Source of the DNA: Cytophagaceae bacterium
GTDB taxonomy: Bacteria; Bacteroidota; Bacteroidia; Cytophagales; JAIYAX01
DNA length: 64,000 nucleotides
Direction of reading: 5' to 3'
Assembly: GCA_027488815.1 (NCBI GenBank)
Contig: JAIYAX010000006.1
Location: 34,185 to 98,184, forward strand
The notes beneath the pieces are model-generated. The model was not told the origin of the DNA. It worked only from the letters and a program-made list of their open reading frames with translations, and ran no database searches. Numbering within the stretch: the first letter of the stretch is position 1; every line of letters starts with the position of its first letter. Shown one piece after another: positions 37,906 to 47,444 of this stretch. Made by a program: the position numbers and the translations under genes.

Positions 37906-38564
37906 TCTGCTTGCTTCTTAATGACTTTAGCCGGAACCCCAACCGCAGTACAAAAATCTGGGATAGCATCGATAACGGCAGCTCCTGCCCCGATTGTGCT
38001 AAAGCGGCCAACGCTTGCTCCGTTGATCAGGCTGGCCCCTGTTCCGATAAAAGAACCCTCAGAAAGTTTTACATGACCACTAAGCCTTGCCCCGGGCATT
38101 ACACTGGTAAAATCACCCACTACGGTATCATGCCCAAGCAATACCCCGTTGTTGATCAGTACAAATCGACCAATGGAGATATCGGTGGTAAAAACCGCTG
38201 CAGCAGCTACCAAGGAGCCTTCCCCAAGGCTTACTCTGCCTTTCTCACCAAGGTAGGTTGAAGGGTGTATTAGCACCGGGAAATCCAATAAAGGGTTTTT
38301 AATTCGTTGATAAACAGCCAATCGGGTTTGCGGGTCGCCTATGGCGATGGCAACAGAAAGGGGTTTCTTTTCTTCATTTAGTAATTCAACCCTTCCGAGC
38401 ACCGGTGATCCGTTTACTTCTGATCCAACTGATAGCTGATCATCAAAAAAGCCAATGAACTCCCAGGGAGCTCCTGCGGAAATCAATTCCAGAATGAGCA
38501 AACGAATTTCACGACCCAAACCACCTGCCCCAACTACTGCAATTCGTTTAATCAAGGAATTCAA
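37902..38564 (-). CDS. NeuD/PglD/PglB-family sugar N-acetyltransferase
   Basis: 220 aa with an N-terminal Rossmann-like IAVVGAGGLGREI and a C-terminal hexapeptide-repeat domain (IGTGASLINGASVGRFSTIGAGAAV). Confidence 0.75.
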   Translation of the reverse strand: MNSLIKRIAVVGAGGLGREIRLLILELISAGAPWEFIGFFDDQLSVGSEVNGSPVLGRVELLNEEKKPLSVAIAIGDPQTRLAVYQRIKNPLLDFPVLIHPSTYLGEKGRVSLGEGSLVAAAAVFTTDISIGRFVLINNGVLLGHDTVVGDFTSVMPGARLSGHVKLSEGSFIGTGASLINGASVGRFSTIGAGAAVIDAIPDFCTAVGVPAKVIKKQAE

Positions 38565-38579
38565 TTTTGTAATAATTCC

Positions 38580-39545
38580 TTAACGGTCAAAGGGATGTCT
38601 GCTTAATGGGAGTGAAGCCATTGGGTGTTCACGATCCGGGTTTCGGCTTATCGGCATACTTCTGATGGCATGAACCGTTTCGATTGCCGGGCGTGCAGCC
38701 TCCAATCCGAAGCCTTTGCCTTCAATGATCTGACGATAGCTATCGGTATGTAGGTCTGTAAACCCGTCAGAAAATTCTATTTCTCTTCCATCCACCTGAA
38801 GGGATCGAAAAGTTCGTTTACCGGCTTTTTTCGCCTCATCAGGCAGGGTGTCTTCATTAATGCTTAAAAACCAGCGTACATTCGCTTTCTCAAACTCAAG
38901 GTGCCCGGCTGCCCTGTCATGGGTATGCAGGTGCACTTCATTGGTTTTCAAGGGGCCAAAGATCCATGCCAGCATATCAAAAAAATGCACTCCGATATTC
39001 GTTGCAATGCCTCCACTCTTCGATAAATCTCCTTTCCAGGAGGTGTAGTACCAGTTGCCCCTTGAGGTGAGGTAGGTCAGTGTAACTTCTTTGGGATGCT
39101 GAACATCACTGTTGTCCATCTCCTCTTTCAGGGCCATGATAGCAGGATGCAGTCTAAGTTGAAGAATGGTGTAGACCTTTTTTCCTGTTTCTTGCTCCAT
39201 TTCTTGAAGGGCATCAACGTTCCATGGGTTAAGCACCAATGGTTTTTCGCAAATGACATCTGCCCCTACTCGTAGCCCAAATCGTATATGAGCATCATGA
39301 AGGTAGTTAGGTGAGCAAATGGACACATAGTCAATCTTCTGGCCGGTTCTCCTTAGTTTTTCCAAATGCCGGTCAAATCGTTCAAACTCGGTAAAAAAAG
39401 AGGCCTCAGGAAAATGAGAGTCCATGATACCGACCCCATCATATGGGTCATAGGCAGCAAGGAGTTGGTTTCCTGTGTCTTTGATGGCTTTCATGTGGCG
39501 TGGTGCGATATAGCCGGCAGCGCCGATGAGGGAGAATGCTTTCAA
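38580..39545 (-). CDS. Gfo/Idh/MocA-family oxidoreductase, WbpB/WlbA-like (UDP-GlcNAcA 3-dehydrogenase-like)
   Basis: 321 aa with N-terminal dinucleotide fold LIGAAGYIAPRHMKAI and the motif ICEKP. Confidence 0.75.
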   Translation of the reverse strand: MKAFSLIGAAGYIAPRHMKAIKDTGNQLLAAYDPYDGVGIMDSHFPEASFFTEFERFDRHLEKLRRTGQKIDYVSICSPNYLHDAHIRFGLRVGADVICEKPLVLNPWNVDALQEMEQETGKKVYTILQLRLHPAIMALKEEMDNSDVQHPKEVTLTYLTSRGNWYYTSWKGDLSKSGGIATNIGVHFFDMLAWIFGPLKTNEVHLHTHDRAAGHLEFEKANVRWFLSINEDTLPDEAKKAGKRTFRSLQVDGREIEFSDGFTDLHTDSYRQIIEGKGFGLEAARPAIETVHAIRSMPISRNPDREHPMASLPLSRHPFDR

Positions 39546-39563
39546 TTTAGGCTTGCGATAATT

Positions 39564-40691
39564 TTATGAGGTTAGGACGAGGTCTACTATCTTCTGCAGA
39601 CTTTGTTGAGATAACGAACCACTGCTGGGCAGACATAAACCTTTTTCAAAAATCTCTTCTGAGACACCCGAGCCTATAAATGGTGATCCTTTGAAATAAG
39701 GTTGTAGGTGCATGGGTTTCCAAACCGACCGGGACTCAATTTCATGTTGCTGCAAGATATCCAACGCTTTATGCTTGGTTTCTTTGTTTTTAAACAGAAT
39801 AGCGCTTAGCCAATGATTTGGGTGAAATTCAGGTTCAGGTTGTTCCTGAAACATAAAGGAATGAAGTTGATCCTGATAAAACCCGTTTACGTTTTTTCTT
39901 TTTTGAATTTCAGACTGCCAAAGGGGAAGTGTAAGGCAACCCAGCGCTGCTCCTGCCAAGTTCATTCGATAGTTATATCCCAATTGAAAATGGGTGTAGC
40001 CCTCTCCTCTGGATCTGGCCTGGCTTGATAAATAATCTGCCTGCTCGAGTTGATCTTTCGTTTTTGTTACCAAAAGCCCTCCTCCAAGGGTAGTAACGAT
40101 CTTGTTGTTGTTGAAAGAAAAACAGGCAAAATCCCCAAAACTGCCACAAAATTGGTCACCGATCCTGGCGCCCAATGCCTCAGCTGCATCTTCAATCACG
40201 GGGATTTGGTACTTGTTGGCAATCTTCATGATTTCAGGCATTCTTGCAGGCATCCCAAATAAATGGACCACCACGATCGCCTTAGGTTTTTTGGCTTCTA
40301 TGCCGAGTAGTCTTCCTTGCATCGCCAACAATATGGCAAGCTCCAAGGAGTCTGGGGACATATTCCAGCTCTCACGATCAACATCAATAAAGACAGGTTT
40401 CGCACCGCAATAACTTATCGGAAATGCAGAAGCCACATAGGTTAAGTCGGAGCAAAGGACGAGATCGCCTGCCTGTACATTTGCTAAACGAAGGGCGATA
40501 TGAATGGCTGAAGTGCCGGAATTAACCGGCAAAGCATGAGGTAAATCAAAAGCATTGCTAAAAATGGATGCAAACTGAAGAGATAGTTCTTCATAATTTG
40601 TCTCAAGCATCTCTGGCAATTGAGATAAAACCTCAGCACCAAGCTCCTGACGGGAAAGTGGAATTTTGGCTATACCTTTTTCTGCCTCCAT
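39564..40691 (-). CDS. DegT/DnrJ/EryC1/StrS aminotransferase (PglE-like)
   Basis: 375 aa with NSGTSAIHIAL and PLP-Lys motif FSFNNNKIVT. Confidence 0.8.
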   Translation of the reverse strand: MEAEKGIAKIPLSRQELGAEVLSQLPEMLETNYEELSLQFASIFSNAFDLPHALPVNSGTSAIHIALRLANVQAGDLVLCSDLTYVASAFPISYCGAKPVFIDVDRESWNMSPDSLELAILLAMQGRLLGIEAKKPKAIVVVHLFGMPARMPEIMKIANKYQIPVIEDAAEALGARIGDQFCGSFGDFACFSFNNNKIVTTLGGGLLVTKTKDQLEQADYLSSQARSRGEGYTHFQLGYNYRMNLAGAALGCLTLPLWQSEIQKRKNVNGFYQDQLHSFMFQEQPEPEFHPNHWLSAILFKNKETKHKALDILQQHEIESRSVWKPMHLQPYFKGSPFIGSGVSEEIFEKGLCLPSSGSLSQQSLQKIVDLVLTS

Positions 40692-41239
40692 GGACCAGGT
40701 GCTCTTTCAGGATTAATTTGATTGTTGAACATCGCCAAAGGAGTTCTGAGTAAGACTTCAAGGTCCAAAAGCAATGATCGGTTAGCCACATACCAGCAAT
40801 CCAACTCAAGTTTGCGTTCAAATGACAATGCATTGCGCCCGTTTACCTGTGCCCAACCCGTTAGGCCAGGCTTCACCTGAAAACGAAGGTGGTACTGTTG
40901 AGAAATATGTTCAAGAAAATCCACCGGTAAGGGCCTTGGCCCAATGATGGTCATATCCCCTTTGAGTATATTCCACCACTGCGGCCATTCATCTAATGAG
41001 AAATACCTTAACCATCTACCCAAAGGAGTAATCCTTTTGCTTTCGCTCAAATATGGGTCTTCATGGGGTAATGGATCCCGCATGGTTTTAAGTTTATAAA
41101 GGGTGAAGGGTCTCTGAAAAACTCCCAATCTATGGGAAAGAAATAAACGAACTCCAAAAACGAAAACCAATAACAAAAAAGGTAAGGATAAAAGTAGCAC
41201 TACTGTTGAAAGTATCACATCCAGAAATCTTTGAAACAC
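40670..41239 (-). CDS. Small monotopic phosphoglycosyl transferase (PglC-like), divergent copy
   Basis: 189 aa with one N-terminal helix and motifs YKLKTM, LDEWPQ and IIGPRP. The usual FxQxRxGxxG segment is degenerate (LSHRLGVFQRPF). GC content is about 50%. Confidence 0.75.
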   Translation of the reverse strand: MFQRFLDVILSTVVLLLSLPFLLLVFVFGVRLFLSHRLGVFQRPFTLYKLKTMRDPLPHEDPYLSESKRITPLGRWLRYFSLDEWPQWWNILKGDMTIIGPRPLPVDFLEHISQQYHLRFQVKPGLTGWAQVNGRNALSFERKLELDCWYVANRSLLLDLEVLLRTPLAMFNNQINPERAPGPWRQKKV

Positions 41240-41260
41240 CTTATGTCATTTAGTTGAGGA

Positions 41261-41860
41261 TCATCTTTTCTTAAAAATCCTAAGTATTGTCATGAAAATA
41301 ATTTGTAAATCCAGCAGAAAAGACTGGTTATCGATGTACTCCAGGTTGATTCTTAACTTTTCAGGCATCACATGGTCAATATAGTATTGCTCCGGATGAT
41401 CAGTTTGAGACAACAGCTCATTTTCGTTAAAAAAAAGGAGGGATGCCTTGTCGGTAATTCCTGGCTTAACGGATAATACACGTCTTTGATCAATATTGTA
41501 AAGCTCCACATAGCGGCTTACCTCAGGCCTAGGACCCACCAAGCTCATTTCACCTTTAAGAACATTCCACAACTGGGGTAATTCATCGAGCTTGTACTTT
41601 CTCAAGATTCTACCAATCCCGGTTATTCTTGAGTCATTGCTTCCTACTGTTAACAAACCTTTTGCATCAGATTGAGGCCTCATCGTTCGAAACTTAAATA
41701 GTTTAAAAGCACGACCGTTAACTCCAACCCTATCCTGTAAATAAAAAACAGGCCACCCATTAAAAAAGATAATAACTAATGATAATAAAAGGAAAATGGG
41801 TAGTAAAAAGACTATGCCTATAAAACTGGCAAACAAATCAAGCATTCGCTTCATGCTCAA
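41261..41860 (-). CDS. Small monotopic phosphoglycosyl transferase (PglC-like), canonical copy
   Basis: 199 aa with FYLQDRVGVNGRAFKLFKFRTM, LDELPQLWNVLKGEMSLVGPRP and KPGITD. GC content is about 30-35%. Confidence 0.85.
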   Translation of the reverse strand: MSMKRMLDLFASFIGIVFLLPIFLLLSLVIIFFNGWPVFYLQDRVGVNGRAFKLFKFRTMRPQSDAKGLLTVGSNDSRITGIGRILRKYKLDELPQLWNVLKGEMSLVGPRPEVSRYVELYNIDQRRVLSVKPGITDKASLLFFNENELLSQTDHPEQYYIDHVMPEKLRINLEYIDNQSFLLDLQIIFMTILRIFKKR

Positions 41861-43071
41861 GACAATATTTTTTCAACCGATTTCTTTACAGAATTAAGAA
41901 TATAATCTTGCTGATCGAGGGTAAGCTGAGGATAAAGTGGCAAGGAGATTTCATTAGAATATTGCTCATAAGCTTTTGGAAATTTACTTATATCATATCC
42001 CCTCTCTTTAAATACCGTTAGCATAGGCATGGGAATAAAATGCACATTAACAGCCACATTCAAATTAGCTAACTCATCTATAATCTGGTCACGCTGATTC
42101 TCGGTGCAATTATCAATTCTCAATAAATATAAATGAGCTGCAGTTTCTTTTCTTTCATTATTGAAAGGAGGGACTATTGCCCAATTGTAAGCTTTAAAGT
42201 ATGAGTTATAGTATTCAGCTATAGCTTTCCTCTTTTTCAACAAAACATCCGAATATATTCGAATTTGCGCCAAGCCAATGGCTGCAAGTATATCAGGCAT
42301 ATTCATTTTAAAGCCTGGGTATACGATATCATATTTCCATCCTCCAGCTTGAGATTTACTGAAAGCATCTTTAGTTTGGCCGTTCAGAGACCATAGTTTG
42401 AATGTTTTGTATATCTGTTCGTGATCAGACGTAATTGGCCAATTGATTACGATTGCTCCACCCTCTGCAGTAGTCACATTTTTTACTGCATGAAAAGAGT
42501 AGACGGTAAAATCCGCAAATTTTGCTGCTGGTTTTCCATTCAATTTAGCACCCAGAGAGTGAGCCGCATCAGACAAAATGAGTGGTCTGCCGAGTGCTTT
42601 TTGAACCTCGTTTTTGGCGACGAAAATTTCTCTTACTTTTTTTGAATTCAGAAGCTGCAGCAATAAATCATAGTCACAAGGCCAACCTGCGATATCTACA
42701 GGTATGATCACTTTAGTTTTCTCTGTTATGGCATCTTCAACCTTGCTGATGTCAAGATTAAAGTCAGTTCCACAATCAACCATAACCGGAGTGGCTCCCA
42801 AATGCAAACAAGCCAAAGCTGTAGCACAATAGGTATATGCCGGCACGATTACTTCGTCCCCCCGGCTTACCCCAAACCAATGCAAGACCAGCATCATTGC
42901 ACTTGTTGCTGAATTACAGCAAAGTGCATGGGTAAGCTCAGAGATTTTAGCAGTTTCCTGCTCTAATGATCTAACCTTGGGGCCAGTGGTAATCCATCCA
43001 CTCCTAAGGCTATCAAGTACTTCTGCCTCGACAGCCTCATCGTGATAGGGGGGTGAAAATGGGATTTTCAT
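41857..43071 (-). CDS. DegT/DnrJ/EryC1/StrS aminotransferase (long form)
   Basis: 404 aa with NSATSAMMLVL and PLP-Lys motif YSFHAVKNVT. Confidence 0.8.
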   Translation of the reverse strand: MKIPFSPPYHDEAVEAEVLDSLRSGWITTGPKVRSLEQETAKISELTHALCCNSATSAMMLVLHWFGVSRGDEVIVPAYTYCATALACLHLGATPVMVDCGTDFNLDISKVEDAITEKTKVIIPVDIAGWPCDYDLLLQLLNSKKVREIFVAKNEVQKALGRPLILSDAAHSLGAKLNGKPAAKFADFTVYSFHAVKNVTTAEGGAIVINWPITSDHEQIYKTFKLWSLNGQTKDAFSKSQAGGWKYDIVYPGFKMNMPDILAAIGLAQIRIYSDVLLKKRKAIAEYYNSYFKAYNWAIVPPFNNERKETAAHLYLLRIDNCTENQRDQIIDELANLNVAVNVHFIPMPMLTVFKERGYDISKFPKAYEQYSNEISLPLYPQLTLDQQDYILNSVKKSVEKILS

Positions 43072-43727
43072 TTAGTTAAACTCTTTTCCATAGTTGTTGA
43101 TACTAAATCAGAACTTGTTTTAAGCCATCCGTTTCTCTCATAGGCCAGAATTGCTTGTGTGTTATCTGTTCTTACAGTAAGCTGTAGCTTTTTCATGCCG
43201 TAATCCTCTAAGGAACGTCGCTCAAATTCTTTAAGCAATATTGATCCACAACCTTTTCCTTGGTAGGCAGGATCTACACCAATTACAACCAGACCAGCTT
43301 GTGGATCTTTTGCCAATTGCTTTTTCTGTTCCTGGTTAAAATGAACTTTTTTTCGAAGGCCTAGTCTCATGGCCAAATTTTTCCTTAGTAATGGCCATTT
43401 ATTGCGTACTTCAGCATGAAAGATCACCCAGGGGTGAGTAATGAAGGCCCATAATGCAGGGTAAAAACTATATTGAGCCATTCCACTCGCTGATCCTGTG
43501 CCTAAGGTTCCGTCGCTAATCATTCCTCCACAATAGCCAGCGCACTTACCTGAGTCATCCTCAATATGAAAAAGGAAAGTTTTGTTTGATGAAAGGTACC
43601 AGGAGAGCATTTGAGCGCAATAGCTACGGCCTAATGCCGATGCCAATGAGTTAGGAAATGCAGCACGGTGGCATTTCGCAAGCGCAAGTAGTTCTGATTC
43701 AGAAGTGGTTTGTGCGACGAACTTCAT
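43068..43727 (-). CDS. GNAT-family N-acetyltransferase
   Basis: 219 aa with acetyl-CoA motif A VDPAYQGKGCGSILL. It contains an inserted basic segment. Confidence 0.7.
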   Translation of the reverse strand: MKFVAQTTSESELLALAKCHRAAFPNSLASALGRSYCAQMLSWYLSSNKTFLFHIEDDSGKCAGYCGGMISDGTLGTGSASGMAQYSFYPALWAFITHPWVIFHAEVRNKWPLLRKNLAMRLGLRKKVHFNQEQKKQLAKDPQAGLVVIGVDPAYQGKGCGSILLKEFERRSLEDYGMKKLQLTVRTDNTQAILAYERNGWLKTSSDLVSTTMEKSLTK

Positions 43728-43743
43728 TCAATTATTAAAACCA

Positions 43744-44958
43744 CTATTTGATAAATGAGTAAAATGAATCAGCAATGGTAACTCTATTAAAATTTGCAGT
43801 TACATAGGAATATCCATTTAATCCCCATTTTGGTATTTGCTCTCGGTGAGCCTGAACATACCTTACTTGGTTTGCCAAGGAATCTGCTCTCTCGGGCTCA
43901 AATGCAAGGCCTGCTTCAGCTGTACTTATGAACAACTCCTTTGCTTCCCCATCAATGCCAAGCAAGATGGGTTTCTTCAGACAAAGTATTTCGAAAATTT
44001 TTGAAGGTATCGCTCCCAGAAATAAATCCAGCTTTTTCAATGGAATGATGCCAACATCAATAGACTTAATCACGTCAGCAATCTGACCTTTTGGGACACC
44101 ATTAAAGAAAAAAACATTATTTGCACCTAAACTATCTTTCAGTTTGATAAGCCTTTCTTTTTCCGGCCCTTCTCCTATAAGGATAAACTTCACTTGAGGT
44201 AAATCTTTAACAAATGTTGCCGCTTGAATAACACAATCCAAACCTTGAGCATAGCCCAATAGGCCTCCAAAGTAAAAGAGCAAATCATCTTCTTTAAAAC
44301 CATTTTCGGAACGCCAATCAGCGCCAGTAAGGCGTGATTGCAATTCATTTACATCCACACCATTCGGCAACCATAAAATAGGTTTGTCTGGAAATCGTTG
44401 ATGTATATTACTTACTATGCCTTGTGTTTGACCTGTAATAAAGTCTGAGTTACGATAAATCCAATTCTCCAGTCCTTCACTAAGTTTTATAAGAAATCGA
44501 TTTTGAACAATACCCATCTTAACAGCACTCTCAGGCCAAAGATCCGAAACATTAAAAACCAGCTTCGATTTTTTGAAGTGCTTCAATAAAACAGCAGTAA
44601 ACCCAAGAAATAATGGAGGTGACTCACAAATGATTATATCTTGCTTCTCAACTTTACTAATAGCGAGAAACAGAGAGGAGAAAGTAAAAGAGAAGTAATT
44701 TAATAATCGAAAAAGGATCGACTTGCTTTTTGAAACAAATATCCATGAGCGATAGACCATTAATCCGCTCATTTCTTCTCTACTGAATACTTTGCCCTTA
44801 AACCCGGAAAATATTTCATACTGAGGGTAATTAGGAAAAGCAGTTAAAATGCTTACTCTTGCGCCCTTGTTCCTGAGCTTTAAGGCAAGATCATAAAGAC
44901 GATTCTGAGGGGCTCCTGTCTCGGGTGGGAAATATTGAGTGAGTATTAAGATATTCAT
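43744..44958 (-). CDS. Family 4 glycosyltransferase (WbuB-like)
   Basis: 404 aa with N-terminus MNILILTQYFPPETGAPQNRLYDLA, typical of WbuB-type GT4 enzymes. Confidence 0.75.
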   Translation of the reverse strand: MNILILTQYFPPETGAPQNRLYDLALKLRNKGARVSILTAFPNYPQYEIFSGFKGKVFSREEMSGLMVYRSWIFVSKSKSILFRLLNYFSFTFSSLFLAISKVEKQDIIICESPPLFLGFTAVLLKHFKKSKLVFNVSDLWPESAVKMGIVQNRFLIKLSEGLENWIYRNSDFITGQTQGIVSNIHQRFPDKPILWLPNGVDVNELQSRLTGADWRSENGFKEDDLLFYFGGLLGYAQGLDCVIQAATFVKDLPQVKFILIGEGPEKERLIKLKDSLGANNVFFFNGVPKGQIADVIKSIDVGIIPLKKLDLFLGAIPSKIFEILCLKKPILLGIDGEAKELFISTAEAGLAFEPERADSLANQVRYVQAHREQIPKWGLNGYSYVTANFNRVTIADSFYSFIK

Positions 44959-46037
44959 CCTTCTCTTAAAAGAGTATTAACTATTATGTCAGAGGCTTTC
45001 CCGCTGCCATAAAAATCATGATTTTTTACAAAACTCTTTCTTAAAAAATATTCAACTGCTTTATAGATTGCATCAGCATTGGTACCAGTGAGTATGTTGT
45101 AGTCATGATCAACCAATTCCCTCCATTCCGTCTGCTCTCTTAAGGTAATGCAAAACTTATTGAAAATGAAGGCCTCCTTTTGCAATCCTCCGCTATCCGT
45201 TAAAACCAATGATGAATGCCTAATGAGTTGAAGCATATCAAAATACCCAACAGGCTCTATTACTTTAGCATTTATGGTCAGGCCTTGAGCTGAAATCAGT
45301 TTGTGTGTTCGTGGATGTAAAGGTAGCACTACAGGAATCTTCTTATGTAACTGATTGATCGCCGAAACCAATTGTGAAAGGCGTTCAGGGTGATCAGTAT
45401 TTTCTGCCCGGTGGATCGTGCAAAGGATAAAATCACCTCCAGAAAGCCCACAACTCTCTAAAATATCGGATTTTGACTCAGAAAGCTGAGCATAGTAAAG
45501 TGCTGCATCTTCCATGACATCCCCATTCTGAACCACCAAACAATTGAAATTGTCAAAACCCTCATTTTTGAGATTTTGAATAGCTAAATCTGTAGGGCAG
45601 AATAAAACATCACTAATTCGATCCGTTAGTATCCGGTTAATTTCTTCCGGCATATCCATGTTAAAGCTTCGCAAACCAGCCTCGACATGAACCACTTTTC
45701 GATGAACTTTCTTAGCTGCCAAGGCTCCAGCAAGGGTAGAATTAGTATCGCCGTAAACCAAAGTGTAATCCGGCTTTTCATCTAAAATGATTTGTTCAAT
45801 TGCCTCCATCATTCTGCCTGTCATGGCTCCATGAGAAAGGCTATTGATATCAAGGTGATACTGTGGCCGGGGTATGTGCATTTCCTCGAAAAAAATATCG
45901 GACATGTTTTTGTCGAAATGCTGACCTGTATGCACAATGATTTCTTTAATCGAACCCACGTTAGCTATTGCACGGGATACTGCTGCTGCTTTGATGAATT
46001 GGGGGCGTGCGCCGATGATGGTGAGGAGTTTCATCAT
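44955..46037 (-). CDS. UDP-N-acetylglucosamine 2-epimerase (non-hydrolysing; WecB/WbpI-like)
   Basis: 360 aa with KLLTIIGARPQFIKAA, HVEAGLRS and LTDSGGLQKEA. Confidence 0.88.
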   Translation of the reverse strand: MMKLLTIIGARPQFIKAAAVSRAIANVGSIKEIIVHTGQHFDKNMSDIFFEEMHIPRPQYHLDINSLSHGAMTGRMMEAIEQIILDEKPDYTLVYGDTNSTLAGALAAKKVHRKVVHVEAGLRSFNMDMPEEINRILTDRISDVLFCPTDLAIQNLKNEGFDNFNCLVVQNGDVMEDAALYYAQLSESKSDILESCGLSGGDFILCTIHRAENTDHPERLSQLVSAINQLHKKIPVVLPLHPRTHKLISAQGLTINAKVIEPVGYFDMLQLIRHSSLVLTDSGGLQKEAFIFNKFCITLREQTEWRELVDHDYNILTGTNADAIYKAVEYFLRKSFVKNHDFYGSGKASDIIVNTLLREG

Positions 46038-47434
46038 TTTTCCTCCCCCAACTTAGATACTACAGCTTTAAATTTTCCATTCTTATTCTTTGGAATTTCC
46101 TGTAAGTAATGATATTCAACTTTAACTTCACCAAGTTGACTCCTTAAACGACTAGATATAATAGACTCACTAGTTATATTATACAAAGAATCCACTACAA
46201 GATTGATATGAAAAGTATTTCTATCTAGTTGAACCAATTGTGCGGCAACTAGACCCAAAATATCAACATAAATTCCATGAAAGCGAACCATTTGTCTTCC
46301 ATCAGGTCCTATGACTTTATCCTCCACTCTACCGTTTATCTCCTTCACAATAGACATATTCCTTCCACATTTGGTTGTTTGAGACTCTGAAAGTGTTATC
46401 TCATCACCAATTCGATATCGGATCAAAGGCTGGTCATAGTTCAGTAAGCCCGTTGAAACTACTTCTCCTGTCCCACCCGGTGGGACATACTCACCAACAC
46501 TATTTATTACTTCAACTATTCCTACATCTGGGCTTATTAACATTTCCCCTTTTTCAGACTCAGAGATAAGGCCACATGCTTCAACTCCACTATAACTATC
46601 AAATACTTTACAGCCATATACTTTACTGATTGTCTCCCTCATATTATTGGTCAATTTCTCACTTGAAGTTATCACTGCTTTTAATTGAGGGGGACATAAT
46701 GATTGATCGTTTATCATTTTTGCTAAGAAAAAGTTACTCATTGCATACCCAGTCATATACTCTAATTTGTATTTTGAGATAGCCATAAGATAGTTTCCAA
46801 CATTCGTTTCTGAAATATGATATGCAGAAAAGTACACTTGTCTTTCAGCACAATTATATCGATAGAAAGGAGGAGAAGCATTTCCTGTTGGCACTACTCT
46901 TCGACCACCAATCATCCCTCTAGGATCGTGTCGATCAACACCTGCCCAATGTCTAATTCTAGCTTCAAAAGCAGCACTCCATCTTCTATGAAAATTATTG
47001 GAAAAAAGTATTCTTGTTGGAGTGCCTGTGCTACCGCTGCTCGAAAAAAACTGTCCATTCTTCTCCCTACTTACTGATAAAAGGTCCGATGTCCCAAAAT
47101 TGCGCAATTCCTCCTTTTCCAAATATGGCAATTTTCTCAGATCTTCAATCTCAAACTTCCTGAAGTCTGATTCTTTAAATCCTTCCTTTGCATATTTCTC
47201 ATGATAGAATTTAACATTCTTAAAAGAATGGAGGAGTAGTTTCCTTAATTCTATCGTTTGATAGGCCTTCCATTGTAATTCCGAATAAAACTCTCTGTCT
47301 TTGAATTTCTTAAGTTCATCATTAAAAATTCCACCAAAACGACGATGATGCCACTGTAAACCATAAGCACTAATTGCAAGATTCTGTGCAATTACAGGCA
47401 AAATTGGATAAACTTTTTTCTGCCATAAGCTCAT
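46034..47434 (-). CDS. Adenylate-forming enzyme, phenylacetate-CoA ligase/CapK/F390-synthetase family
   Basis: 466 aa with AMP-binding P-loop-like motif SSSGSTGTPTR. Size and domain order match CapK-like proteins of capsule loci. Confidence 0.7.
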   Translation of the reverse strand: MSLWQKKVYPILPVIAQNLAISAYGLQWHHRRFGGIFNDELKKFKDREFYSELQWKAYQTIELRKLLLHSFKNVKFYHEKYAKEGFKESDFRKFEIEDLRKLPYLEKEELRNFGTSDLLSVSREKNGQFFSSSGSTGTPTRILFSNNFHRRWSAAFEARIRHWAGVDRHDPRGMIGGRRVVPTGNASPPFYRYNCAERQVYFSAYHISETNVGNYLMAISKYKLEYMTGYAMSNFFLAKMINDQSLCPPQLKAVITSSEKLTNNMRETISKVYGCKVFDSYSGVEACGLISESEKGEMLISPDVGIVEVINSVGEYVPPGGTGEVVSTGLLNYDQPLIRYRIGDEITLSESQTTKCGRNMSIVKEINGRVEDKVIGPDGRQMVRFHGIYVDILGLVAAQLVQLDRNTFHINLVVDSLYNITSESIISSRLRSQLGEVKVEYHYLQEIPKNKNGKFKAVVSKLGEEK

Positions 47435-47444
47435 TGGTTTGTTA

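Noticed and set aside
37652-38261. 119-aa minus-strand ORF (out of frame with XrtF and the acetyltransferase gene) and 121-aa plus-strand antisense ORF spanning that junction
   Set aside because: They are out of frame with or antisense to two genes that have clear family motifs. Their translations are Cys/Arg/Ser-rich nonsense-like sequence, and they have no independent start context.
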